A stretch of 64,000 nucleotides of DNA from Sedimentisphaerales bacterium (GCA_963663965.2 CAXXFK010000040.1:64001-128000); one strand, 5' to 3'; shown: positions 42,624 to 53,385, counted from the first letter of the stretch. The notes: a model not told the origin generated them from the letters alone. Numbers and translations: made by a program.

Positions 42624-43073
42624 TCAATTATTGGTCCGTTCTACAAATACAATATTATTTTTTTCTATCTTAAAGTATTCCTCTCTACTACCAACGAACG
42701 CTGAAATAAAGGCATCATATTGCCAGTCAGAATATATTTCATATACTTTTCCCTCAACCAAATCAACAGGCTTGCCATCCGCAGGAATATTTTGCTTGGC
42801 ATTATTGATTACGCCATTGTCAGTTTCAAATTCTTTAGGTATTTCGCCATATGCCAATTTCTCCTCATAGAAATAATTTAAGTTGATATCCCAAACAATA
42901 CTGTTCGTTTCGGCATCTCTAATTATGAGCCTGAGTAATCCATTTGTTGTCCCATATTTAATTTTGAAGATAAGTTCATTATCTACCAACGACGGCTGAA
43001 TACTTCCTAGTTTTTTTATTACACCAATAAAATTTAATAAAACCACAATGCCCGCCGCAACAATCACTAACAC
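42624..43073 (-). CDS. Low-GC membrane-anchored hypothetical protein (immunity-like)
   Basis: N-terminal TM helix. The probable native ATG at 43107 is one base out of frame across an A7 run. Confidence 0.7.
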   Translation of the reverse strand: MLVIVAAGIVVLLNFIGVIKKLGSIQPSLVDNELIFKIKYGTTNGLLRLIIRDAETNSIVWDINLNYFYEEKLAYGEIPKEFETDNGVINNAKQNIPADGKPVDLVEGKVYEIYSDWQYDAFISAFVGSREEYFKIEKNNIVFVERTNN

Positions 43074-43225
43074 TATTGCTTTTTTTATATAATTAAATTT
43101 TTTTCATAGAAACACCGCATAAGTATTCATACATAAATCATTCTATTTATTATCTATTCAATTCCCCACACTATTAAGCCGGGCGATATCCGATAAGCGC
43201 ACCCAATGATTTTTTCTGTCACGTC

Positions 43226-43295
43226 TTTCTGATCCATCCTGTCAATGAGCTGAAAGTCCCGATGGCTATCGGGATGATCCTGTCTAAAATATTTT
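43226..43295. repeat. 70-bp array repeat, second identical copy
   Basis: Identical to 42436-42505 (offset 790 bp). Confidence 0.9.
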
Positions 43296-44097
43296 CTTCA
43301 TAATATCATTCGACAAAACTCAGCGCTTCATCGTACAAGCTTCCATAAGACAACACCCGAACTATCCGCCTCTTCCCCCTCCCCTAACCATCAGAATATC
43401 CCTGTCTTGAACTCTTTTCATATCAGCCACTCCATCCAGATTAAAATCTAATTTACCTCCCTCCATCATATCACCTCATCCAGTTAAATACAAATCCCCA
43501 TAACAAAATCATAAAATTCCCTGCCGTACTACCATCCTTTATAGACTTGTTTTTTCATGAAGTTTTTAAGAACAAATTTATAAGTATTTAATCGCCCTAT
43601 GGTTAATAGTCATTTCCGGTACGAAGTTTCAATCCAAATCTATCCCTCAATCAGGCCAGGGCCCTTCGTGTAGCGCCGCAGGTCGAAGATCCGCCTCAGG
43701 AGGGCGCTCTTCGTGAAGCCGAAGGCGCTTCGTGGTTTAAATCTTAATCGCTTCCAGTTGATTCTAGGTTCTTGTTCAATCGCCCCGAGATAATTCATAA
43801 TTCATCTTCTTCGCAGTTTTTCTTGGTGGCTTTGTGCCTTTGTGTGAAACATCTTAATTTCTAATACAAAATTACTCATAATATTTGACTTTCATAAAAC
43901 ATTACATTATAATAATCATCTGGTAAACAACCCCCGAATCCACCGACATAAGTACGGTGTCAATGCTTCAGCATGAAAAAATTGTTGTTCTTTGACAACT
44001 CAATACAAAAACATCTGGGCCGCCCAATTATCCGGCTTGAGTTAACTTGCCATATTTATCATAGTTTCACCCCACAGCCGCTTAATACCCCCATGAA

Positions 44098-44361
44098 TTC
44101 CAAACGAACCCAATTCCGGCATTTTTAACCATAAACTATTATATGATAATTAGTAACAACATATCCTGTATCACAATCCGCCCCATTCCAAAACAAACCC
44201 AACCCAATTAACTCAAGCATCCCTCACCGGATTTCATAATCCCCCATTCAGCCCAACACCCACGCTTCCAAACGAACCCAATCTTACCCAGATTAACATC
44301 TGCCACCCTATCCCCAGCTTTCATAACCCATTATAACCCATCCCGATCCAAACGAACCCAA
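44098..44361 (+). repeat. Four spaced copies of TCCAAACGAACCCAA
   Basis: Copies at 44098, 44186 (variant), 44266 and 44347; period 88/80/80 bp. Confidence 0.8.
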
Positions 44362-44425
44362 CCACACGAAAATCAATTATAACTTCATTATTTACAGAAC
44401 ATAACAGCAATATCACATTTCACCA

Positions 44426-44457
44426 AAACAAAAATGGGCGGAATGTTTTCCGCCCAT
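44426..44457 (-). terminator. Rho-independent terminator
   Basis: ATGGGCGGAA-TGTT-TTCCGCCCAT hairpin with a T-run on the minus strand after the DUF1080 gene. Confidence 0.75.
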
Positions 44458-44486
44458 CAGGGATATCATGATCTGAAATCCAAAGC

Positions 44487-45143
44487 TTATGGCAACAGCT
44501 TGACCATAATGTTCTTATAATAGACCGTACTGCCCGGATCGTGCCCTTGCAGGGCGATAGTGCCGCTGGAAACCTTACGGCCGGCCTGTTTGGGCTGACC
44601 GTTCTTCTGAACCTCTTCCGGTTCGGTATAATCAACCGTAACAACGCCATTCACCTTAATGATAATCCGGTTCCCCTGCACGATGATATGCTGGGTAAAC
44701 CATTCATCATCCTTGGCTGGCGCTTCCTTGACATCTTCTACTGCATAGAGTCCGCCAGTCCTGCGCCAGTCACTATGCGAGTTGTTCACCTGAACCTCAT
44801 ACCCCTTGGCCGGCCAGCCGCTATCCTGATATTCAGTATGGAAATACATACCCGAATTCGAATTTGGCTTGGTCATGACATCTGCCTTCCACTCAAAATT
44901 CTTGAAATTGGCATCCGCAACCGGCCCGACATAAAACAAATGACTGCGTTCGCCATTCACCACGATCATCCCGTCTTCAACCTTAAAAGTATCGACATTT
45001 TCATTGGCCTTCCAGCCATCCAGCGTTTTACCGTCAAACAAACTGATCCACTTATCCTTGGGAGCCAGACTTTGACATCCAGTCAAAACCAGCCCCAGTC
45101 CGATCAATGCCATATACATGACTTTTCTCATAACATACTCCAT
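44487..45143 (-). CDS. DUF1080 (3-keto-disaccharide hydrolase) lipoprotein
   Basis: LTGC lipobox, WISLFDGKTLDGW, NSG, GYEVQ, IALQGH..YKNI. Confidence 0.92.
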   Translation of the reverse strand: MEYVMRKVMYMALIGLGLVLTGCQSLAPKDKWISLFDGKTLDGWKANENVDTFKVEDGMIVVNGERSHLFYVGPVADANFKNFEWKADVMTKPNSNSGMYFHTEYQDSGWPAKGYEVQVNNSHSDWRRTGGLYAVEDVKEAPAKDDEWFTQHIIVQGNRIIIKVNGVVTVDYTEPEEVQKNGQPKQAGRKVSSGTIALQGHDPGSTVYYKNIMVKLLP

Positions 45144-45504
45144 AAATGAGGTTTAGTAATGTCCCGCGATTTTATTTTATCGCACTTATCACAAAAATAG
45201 CCGGTTTCCATCCAAATGCAAGCGTTATTCTTGAACACCCCGGACCTGGCCTGTTTTTTAAAGTACCCGCGTGAATCCAATTTCATTTGACCCACTCTGC
45301 TTCAGCTTGACAGCAATCTAATCCATTTATATCAAACAGGTTATGTCTGCACATCCCGAAGTAAACACCATAATCCAGTCATCAAACGGGAACTCGCGCC
45401 CGTTTTTACACTTGTTTTACTGATCTGGAAAGGGTATTTCGATTATAAATATAATAGATGAATGCTATTTGAACATCCATAAATCCGCGTAAAACGGTGA
45501 GATT

Positions 45505-46200
45505 ATGAATAAAATTGAAATTTTAGTCGTCGAAGATGAACCCCGGATCAGTGAAGGCCTGAAAGATTTTTTATCGTTCCAAGGCTATAGCGTGACCGTA
45601 GTCACTGACGGACAGAGCGCCGACGATACCGTTAAAAGCAAACGTTTCGACCTGATACTACTGGATTTAATGCTGCCCATTATCAGCGGAGAGCGGCTTT
45701 GCGAAGACTGGCGCGAATCGGGTTTGCAAACGCCCATCATTATGCTCACCGCCAAAGGCCAGGAACACGAACGCGTCAGCGGATTGAATCTGGGGGCGGA
45801 TGATTACATTACCAAACCCTTTTCTCTGGAAGAACTGCTGGCACGGATCAAAGCGGTTTTACGTCGTACCGAACCGGGCCGGGGTGTGGGTAAAGAATTT
45901 ATCTTTGGCCCCTGGCAGGTGGATATTTCCGCGCTCAAAATCCATAATAGTTCCAGTGAACATCAAATCACGACCCGCGAGGCCGATCTGATCCGTTACT
46001 TCGCTTCCAATCCCAATCGTGTGATCAGCCGGGATGAGTTGTTTGAACAGGTCTGGCATGAAAAAATGACCGAACTGGGAACGCGCACCATCGACATGCA
46101 CATCGCCAAATTACGCGCCAAAGTTGAAGAAGACACTGGCGAACCCAAATTGATCAAGACAGTGCGTGGCGCCGGTTACGTGCATGAAGAAACGGATTAA
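45505..46200 (+). CDS. OmpR/PhoB-family response regulator
   Basis: ILVVEDE, LLDLMLP, MLTAK, GADDYITKPF, RTIDMHI..LR, TVRGAGY. Confidence 0.95.
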   Translation: MNKIEILVVEDEPRISEGLKDFLSFQGYSVTVVTDGQSADDTVKSKRFDLILLDLMLPIISGERLCEDWRESGLQTPIIMLTAKGQEHERVSGLNLGADDYITKPFSLEELLARIKAVLRRTEPGRGVGKEFIFGPWQVDISALKIHNSSSEHQITTREADLIRYFASNPNRVISRDELFEQVWHEKMTELGTRTIDMHIAKLRAKVEEDTGEPKLIKTVRGAGYVHEETD

Positions 46201-46227
46201 CGGCAGTGTTTGCATTGAGATCATCTT

Positions 46228-48450
46228 ATGTATAAGCGTTTAGTGATTTTAACCTGTATTATTTTTATCGTACTGGCAGGCACGGCCTGGCTGGGTTATC
46301 ACGCGATTCGTCTGCATGCTGAAGGTTTGGAAGGCCGACGGATTGGCCAGTTTGCCGCGGCCGGTGAAAATATCCGGCGTGAGGTCTTGCGACGGATTGA
46401 TGAATTTATCAATACTGAGCAAAAACGTCCTTACACCGATTATCAATATTACTACATCCCTGAAGATAAAAACCTGCGCCAGGTGGCCCTGGTGCGCTCT
46501 CCCTTGGCCGGTAAACTGGAACATGAACTGGCCTGCGGATATTTTCAGATTGACGCGCTAAGCCAGATCACCACTCCTTATTATCAGGGCCGGTTGCCCT
46601 ATCGCGATTATCGATCCGACCCCGTTTCAGTATTCGTAAACAACCTGCGCGAACATCTGCTGCCGGCGCTGAACGAAAACTTCGGGGTAAACTTAAGCCA
46701 GGAAGGCGTTTCTCAGCAGGCATTGTTTGAAAATGTTTCGAATCTCCTGATCAGTAATGCCCAGCGTGCCGGTTCCGAACGCCTTGCGAATTCCAAGCTG
46801 GCGCCGGATACGGATGGATTTCGCAATTCACAGTCGCGCCGCGGCATGTACGAGATTAATATTATCAAAGCGCCTCAGGACGCCCAGGTTTATACCCAGC
46901 AACGGACCAATGTCGTCGCGAATGAAGCGTACAACTTGAACCAGACCTTGCCGCAAGAACCTCAAATCGCCAAAAAAGAATCCAAAAACGAAAATGCAGC
47001 ACCGGTCCAGGCCCGTCCGAATACCCCGGTAGTAACGTACTATGACCAACCCAATCCCTCACTGGCAACCCTGGATCAACCGGGTGATAATTACTGGCAG
47101 GAACTTTCGGATTTACAGGACCGGCTGGAAGAATTACTGGACAGCCGTCTCCATTTTATCTTAACGGATCGTCATCGAATGCAACCTCAGCAAATGACCA
47201 GCGCCGTTCAACAGGGCGAGTTCGGGCCACGCATTCAGGCGCGAACAAATGATCACCCGGCGCCTTTGCCGGCAAAAGATACCAGTCAAACCGGCAATGA
47301 CAACACCCAGGATGAATTGGTCTTGATTCGTCAGGAACCATTCGTTCCTTTGGTGGTTTCCACGGAAGACCAACCCGGATCCCTCTTCAATGGTCAGGTT
47401 TATCTGTTGCGCCATGTCCAGGTCGGCAGCGATCATTATTTACAGGGATTTCGGCTGAATGAAAATCGTCTCTTGCAGATCGTTCAGCAGGCGGCCGCGC
47501 AATTTACCTCAGCCGGTCCGATGCCTATGAAATATCAAATCAGCCGAACAGATACCCATGATGCTGATTATACCGCCATTCTCGATTTTGGTTTCGGCAC
47601 CTTGATGCTCAATCTGATCGAAAAAGATCCCCTTTGGATTGCACGGCAGGTTGACCGGCTCAAGTTATGGTATTTTGCCGTGATTGCCTTGATGAGCATG
47701 GTGGTGGTTCTGGGCCTGACCAGTCTCTGGCGGGGTGTCCATGCCCAGGTGGTGCTGGCCCGGAAAAAGGATGATTTTATCTCCGCGGTTTCTCACGAAC
47801 TGCGAACCCCGCTGACCTCGCTGCGCATGTATGCGGAAATGCTGGAAAAAAACTGGGTGCCGTCCGATGAGAAACGCCATGAATATTATGGCTCGATGCG
47901 TCAGGAATCCGAGCGCCTGAGCCGTTTAATCGAAAACGTACTGGACTTTTCACGCATCCAGCGTCATAACAAAAAATACCAGTTCAAACTCGGTGATATC
48001 AACACCTGTGTAGGAAGCACGGTTGAAACCATGCGCGCCTATGCCGAACGATCTGGATTCGAACTGAAAGCGGATTATGGCATTCTGCCTTCGATTCGGT
48101 TCGATCACGATGCCGTGGTGCAGATTGTGATCAACCTGATCGATAACGCCATTAAATATGCCAGAAATGCCGTGGATAAATCGATTTATGTTCGCACCAG
48201 CATGCGTAACGGTTATATTGCCATCGAAATCGAAGACCGGGGGCCGGGAGTTCCTCACCACCAACGGAAAAAAATATTCGATGAATTTTATCGTTGTGAA
48301 GATGAATCAACCCGACAGACTACCGGTACCGGTCTGGGATTGGCTCTCGTTCAACGTTTTGCTCAAGCCCATAATGGCTTTGTCGAATTGCTGAGCGCCA
48401 AACCCAATGGCGCCCTGTTCCGGGTCGCCCTGGCCAGCGATGGAGGGTAA
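46228..48450 (+). CDS. Sensor histidine kinase
   Basis: Two TM helices, VSHELRTPL, NLIDNAIKY, DRGPG, GTGLGL. Confidence 0.95.
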   Translation: MYKRLVILTCIIFIVLAGTAWLGYHAIRLHAEGLEGRRIGQFAAAGENIRREVLRRIDEFINTEQKRPYTDYQYYYIPEDKNLRQVALVRSPLAGKLEHELACGYFQIDALSQITTPYYQGRLPYRDYRSDPVSVFVNNLREHLLPALNENFGVNLSQEGVSQQALFENVSNLLISNAQRAGSERLANSKLAPDTDGFRNSQSRRGMYEINIIKAPQDAQVYTQQRTNVVANEAYNLNQTLPQEPQIAKKESKNENAAPVQARPNTPVVTYYDQPNPSLATLDQPGDNYWQELSDLQDRLEELLDSRLHFILTDRHRMQPQQMTSAVQQGEFGPRIQARTNDHPAPLPAKDTSQTGNDNTQDELVLIRQEPFVPLVVSTEDQPGSLFNGQVYLLRHVQVGSDHYLQGFRLNENRLLQIVQQAAAQFTSAGPMPMKYQISRTDTHDADYTAILDFGFGTLMLNLIEKDPLWIARQVDRLKLWYFAVIALMSMVVVLGLTSLWRGVHAQVVLARKKDDFISAVSHELRTPLTSLRMYAEMLEKNWVPSDEKRHEYYGSMRQESERLSRLIENVLDFSRIQRHNKKYQFKLGDINTCVGSTVETMRAYAERSGFELKADYGILPSIRFDHDAVVQIVINLIDNAIKYARNAVDKSIYVRTSMRNGYIAIEIEDRGPGVPHHQRKKIFDEFYRCEDESTRQTTGTGLGLALVQRFAQAHNGFVELLSAKPNGALFRVALASDGG

Positions 48451-48630
48451 GGAATAGCCTGTCTGTCCGAGAGAGACTTTGACGTAATAGGTGGATTAAT
48501 AATTAATGGGGTTTTAGCGCGTTATTGCGGCTTTTTTTATTGTATTGGAATTCATGTCGGATCATAATCTTGTTTTATGTTTCTACAAATTGTTCGCCTC
48601 TATTAACCTAAAATACATAAGGGGATCATT

Positions 48631-50279
48631 ATGTTAAACGGGCAATTGAAATTGACAACACTCTGGTCGTTCTCAAACAGGTTAAAATCCTTATTGGTCA
48701 TCATCTGGCTTCTAGCTTCGGGCATAAGCAGCTATGCCCAGACGATGGAAAACCTGGCCCGCCCGCATGAAGGACGCAGCCGGCGGGAAACCTCAACACA
48801 CAAAATCAACGAAAAGGGTGAGTTTGATCCCAATGGTAAGCCAGACCCCAGCAGCAACAGTGATAACAAAAGTGTAAAACCAGGCGATACCCGCGTACTG
48901 ATGGATGCCAAAGGGCCGGGCGCCATAACACATATGTGGATGACTTTTCTGGGGCCTGAACCCCATCCCTGGGCTAAAATGGTTCTGCCACCCATCAGGA
49001 GATGTTATTACGCATTTACTGGGATGGTTCAGACCGGCCGGGAGTGGAAGCGCCGGTCGGTGATTTTTTCGCCAACGCGTTCGGCAAGCGCAGTGAGGTG
49101 ATCAGTATCCCTGTTGCAGTTGAGGATGCCGATTCCTATAATTGTTTCTGGTATATGCCTTTTCGTAAATCAGCACGGGTTGAAGTGATTAACCAGAGTG
49201 ATAAACCCATTAGTTTACTTTACTTCAATATCGACTGGGTTGAAAAAGAGATCGCCCCTGATGCGCCTTATTTTTATGCGCAATACCGCCAGGAATATCC
49301 GGTAGAATCCGGTAAGGATTATGTTATTCTGGATACCCAGGGTAAAGGGCATTATGTCGGTACGGTCCTGAGCGTGCGGACCCGGAGCCCCTCGTGGTTT
49401 GGCGAAGGCGATGAAAAAATTTATATTGACGGAGAAACCGACGCGTCCATCTGGGGTACAGGTACCGAAGACTATTTTTTAAGCGCCTGGGGCCTGCAAA
49501 CAACCAGCACTCCCTGTTTTGGCACCTCCTATTTCGACCAGTGGGGCATCGTTGGGGGACATACCAGCGCCTATCGCTGGCATATTTATGATCCATTCGT
49601 CTTCAATACGGCCATTAAGGTAACCATTGAACATTTTGGTTGGATCAGTCCGGATGAAAATCCGGATTACAAATCCACCAGTTGGAACGAACGTCAGGAT
49701 GATTATTCCAGTGTGGCCTTCTGGTACCAAACCGGCCAGCCCACTTTTACCGCCCGCGCTCCTCATGCGCAGGAACGAACGTTACCCAATCTGGACCGGA
49801 TTATTCTGGCCAATCCATTTACTGATCCCAAATACCATGGTCCGGGTACTGCCAGCCCACAGCGTTTGAGTGATTTGTATGCCGATTCACAATTATTCTA
49901 TCGGCCGGCCGAAGATGAAAAAGGCTGGGTGGAGATACCTTTCAAAGTCGATAAAAAAGAACCCAAACGGCTACTGCTGGTGATGACTCGAGCCGATGAT
50001 TACGGCCGGTATCAGGCGACATTAAATGGAGTTAAGCTTGACGGAACGCTGGACTTCTATCATGATGAAATTGATAGCCATGAATACCATCTGCTGGATT
50101 TCTGGCCGGAACCGGGCGATTATGTCTTGCGTCTGGACTGTGTGGGTAAAAATCCCTTATCGCAAGGCTATTGCCTTGGCATCGAATCGGTCCGCCTGCG
50201 CGAACGCCGGCCACGTGTGATTGAATATGGGCATGACAAAGACAAGGACTGGACAAAAGATCCTCAATTATATCGCTAA
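48631..50279 (+). pseudogene. DUF2961/GH172 glycosidase with a one-base deletion frameshift at the A-run 48976-48979
   Basis: GPGAITHMWMT in frame 1, then LRIYWDG..PVGDFF, GEGDE, GTGTEDYF in the next ORF. Adding one A gives HPWAKNGSATHQEMLLRIYWDG. Confidence 0.85.
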
Positions 50280-50706
50280 TATTATGTGAAAAAACAAAAA
50301 TAAATTTGATAGTAAATCCTTTAAAAATATCAAAATAACGGATTGTTAACCTAAATAATATTTATTTTTGAGGTTTATATATTGAAAGAGCTTTAATAAA
50401 AGCTTATAATGTGATAAATAAAGATATTGCTCGGAATTCAATTTTAATAATTACTTCGATAACGCTAGACAGATTTTAGTGAGTTAATGTATTTATCTAT
50501 ATTAAGTCTGGCAGAATTGGTAATGGCCTAACGGTTCCTTATACACTCCTTCAAGCAGTACCAATGGGTATTTATTATTCTTGGGCGTTGGGGAATGGTT
50601 GTTTTCAGGTAGTTTGCGATTAATTTCGTAAATTAAAAGAATTACCATAAGGCTTTTCGTATCGGGGAATCGTTGGCCGCAGAGGGCAATGCCCGGGGAG
50701 ACGAAA

Positions 50707-53385
50707 ATGTATTGTCGCTGTTTTTGTTTGTTGGTTGTGATCTTGTTGATTTCCAGTATTGTTTCAGGAGGTACTTATAGTGGCGGTTCTGGCAGTCTGT
50801 CCAGTCCCTATGAGATCGCCAATCTGGATGACTGGATGGAACTAATCGCTAATCCAGAGGATTGGGATGTACACTTTATTCAGACAGCCAATCTTGACTT
50901 GAAAAATCAGGGATATCACCAGGCGCCTCTTGCACCTGATACGGATGCTGAGATTTCGGGACATCAGGGGACAACCTTTACAGGTAGTTATAATGGCCAG
51001 GGCTTCATCATAGACAATTTGACAATAATTGCCCCAGATGGAGATTATATTGGATTGATTGGCAATCTAAATGGTATTAATGTCAGTCGTGGCCAGGTGT
51101 TAAATATTAAGCTTACCAACGTTCAGATTGAAGGTCGGGATTATACTGGCGCCCTGGCGGGTTTAATTAGAAACTGGAGTGGCAATGCTCAAAACTGCTC
51201 TGTTTCAGGATCGGTGTCCGGCCATAATTGTGTCGGCGCCTTAGTGGGTTATTTTGATAATAGTACCAGTGCTTCTCAGATCAGCAGTCTGGGTACAATC
51301 GTCAGCGGCAATGATTATGTGGGTGGTTTGGTTGGACGCAATAATGGTCAAATTACTGAAGCCTTTGCGACTGGGGGTGTTACGGGAAACCATCGTGTGG
51401 GTGGCTTGTCTGGTACTAACACCGCTTCAATGATTGATTGCTATGCCATGGGGAATGTTACTGGTAGCGGCGATAATGTGGCTGGTTTGATTGGTGAAAA
51501 TGGCGGCCAGTTAACATCCTGTTACGCTTCGGGGAACATTAATGGAGTCAATCGAGTTGCCGGCCTGGTTGGAACAAATATAGGCACAATACAACTCTGC
51601 TATGCTTCAGGAGCTGCTACTGGTAGTCAAAACCATGTAGGAGGACTGGTTGGCTATAACATTGGTCCCATAACTAATTGCTATGCCTTGGGTGCTGTGA
51701 ATGCCAGAGAAAGGGCTGGTGGCCTGGTGGGAGCCAACGGTAACCTGATCGAAAATTCCTATTCGATCGGGGACGTTGTCGCTAATTTGTATCCGGGAGG
51801 TTTAGCTGGTGAAAATGCCGGCGGGACTGCATCGAATTGTTTTTGGGATGTCCAGACATCGCATCAAAACAATAGTACCGGTGGGACTGGCCTGTCAACG
51901 GAACAGATGCAGGATATGCAGACCTATTTAGATGCCGGATGGGATTTCACCGGGGAAGAGCAAAACGGGACCGATGATCTCTGGCTGATGTCGCCTTGTA
52001 TTGGCTATCCGGTGCTTGCCTGGCAGCCACCGTGTAATCCACCATCGTTTGCCGGGGGAACGGGATCTTGTGAAGATCCTTACCTGATCGAAACTGCTGA
52101 GCATCTTAATAATGTTCGCGTTTATCCTGAGGCTTGTTTTAAGCAGATTGCCGACATTGATCTGGCAACCGCCTCCTGGTTAGATGAATCCGGCTGGCTG
52201 CCGATAGGCGATAATGACTTGCCATTTACTGGCAGCTATGATGGCGCCGGGTATATGCTGGCATTTCTAACGATAGATCGCCCTGAACAAGATGAAGTTG
52301 GGTTGTTTGGTTGTGTGCGAGCGGCCAGATTAATGCATATCGAATTAGCGAATGCGGATATTAAAGGTAAATATTATGCAGGTGCGTTAGCGGGCAGTAT
52401 TGACGATTCTGAAGTTATTGATTGCGTGTCTTCCGGCAAGGTTGCCGCCATTGAATGTGTCAGTGGCTTAATTGGCGGCTCGAGTCAGAGTACAATAAAA
52501 AACTGCGGTTCACATTGTGCTGTTAGTGGCGAAGAACCAGTGGGTGGTCTATTGGGCCGTCTGGAAGATGCCAGTTTTATCATTGACAGCTACGCTACGG
52601 GGTCTGTTACTGGCGAGGGAAATCTTGTGGGAGGATTAATTGGGGTGGTTTGCGATGGCTCCCAGATTTTGAATTGTGGCGCACGCGGTAATGTTTCCGG
52701 CGTTAATATGGTTGGAGGGTTGCTTGGTAATATTCGATCTGGCAGCACTCTGGAGTCCTGCTATGCCATCGGCACTGTATCAGGGAGCGATTTTGTTGGA
52801 GGCCTGATTGGAGAGGTAATGGATAGCCATGTAGTTTGGAGTCTGGCTAAAGGAGAGGTTACGGGTATCTCTTCTGTGGGCGGCTTGACTGGAGCCGTTT
52901 TAGGCAATACTGATGGACTCTCCAGTTCAATTTCTGATAGCTATGCCCATGGTTCGGTACAGGGAACATCAGCCGTTGGTGGTTTTGCCGGTCAGATGAT
53001 TGGAGTAGATGGTGGGCTGGCCTGTATTAATCAATCCTATGCTGTTGGGAATGTCGTTGCCGATTCCAATGCCGGTGGTTTGGTGGGACAAAAGATAGAA
53101 TTTAATAATGGTCAGGTTCAGATTGTTAGCAGCTTCTGGGATACACAGACCTCGGGTCTGACCCATTCAGCGGGTGGGATTGGATTGGATACTGCGGCAA
53201 TGCAACAAGCGGAAACCTTTATTTCTGCTGGTTGGGATTACATCAAAACCTGGGGAATTGGAGAAGGGCAGACCTATCCGTATCTACAGAAAAAAAGCCG
53301 ATCCGATTTAAATGATGATGGTAATATTGATCTGGCAGATTTGGCCATACTGTCATCAGACTGGCTGCTGGGACATCAAAACTGA
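50707..53385 (+). CDS. GLUG-repeat surface protein with dockerin-like tail
   Basis: Two GGxGSxxxPY.I modules, many VGGLVG repeats, FWD.QTS, SDLNDDGNIDLADL..WL. Confidence 0.9.
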   Translation: MYCRCFCLLVVILLISSIVSGGTYSGGSGSLSSPYEIANLDDWMELIANPEDWDVHFIQTANLDLKNQGYHQAPLAPDTDAEISGHQGTTFTGSYNGQGFIIDNLTIIAPDGDYIGLIGNLNGINVSRGQVLNIKLTNVQIEGRDYTGALAGLIRNWSGNAQNCSVSGSVSGHNCVGALVGYFDNSTSASQISSLGTIVSGNDYVGGLVGRNNGQITEAFATGGVTGNHRVGGLSGTNTASMIDCYAMGNVTGSGDNVAGLIGENGGQLTSCYASGNINGVNRVAGLVGTNIGTIQLCYASGAATGSQNHVGGLVGYNIGPITNCYALGAVNARERAGGLVGANGNLIENSYSIGDVVANLYPGGLAGENAGGTASNCFWDVQTSHQNNSTGGTGLSTEQMQDMQTYLDAGWDFTGEEQNGTDDLWLMSPCIGYPVLAWQPPCNPPSFAGGTGSCEDPYLIETAEHLNNVRVYPEACFKQIADIDLATASWLDESGWLPIGDNDLPFTGSYDGAGYMLAFLTIDRPEQDEVGLFGCVRAARLMHIELANADIKGKYYAGALAGSIDDSEVIDCVSSGKVAAIECVSGLIGGSSQSTIKNCGSHCAVSGEEPVGGLLGRLEDASFIIDSYATGSVTGEGNLVGGLIGVVCDGSQILNCGARGNVSGVNMVGGLLGNIRSGSTLESCYAIGTVSGSDFVGGLIGEVMDSHVVWSLAKGEVTGISSVGGLTGAVLGNTDGLSSSISDSYAHGSVQGTSAVGGFAGQMIGVDGGLACINQSYAVGNVVADSNAGGLVGQKIEFNNGQVQIVSSFWDTQTSGLTHSAGGIGLDTAAMQQAETFISAGWDYIKTWGIGEGQTYPYLQKKSRSDLNDDGNIDLADLAILSSDWLLGHQN

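Noticed and set aside
40880..43400. Integron cassette array
   Set aside because: No intI gene. The repeats lack paired RYYYAAC/GTTRRRY attC boxes (only a lone ATCTAAC after one stop), and the Rhs fragments explain the context better.
44098..44361. CRISPR array
   Set aside because: Repeat only 15-17 bp, spacers ~65-70 bp and low-complexity, no cas genes
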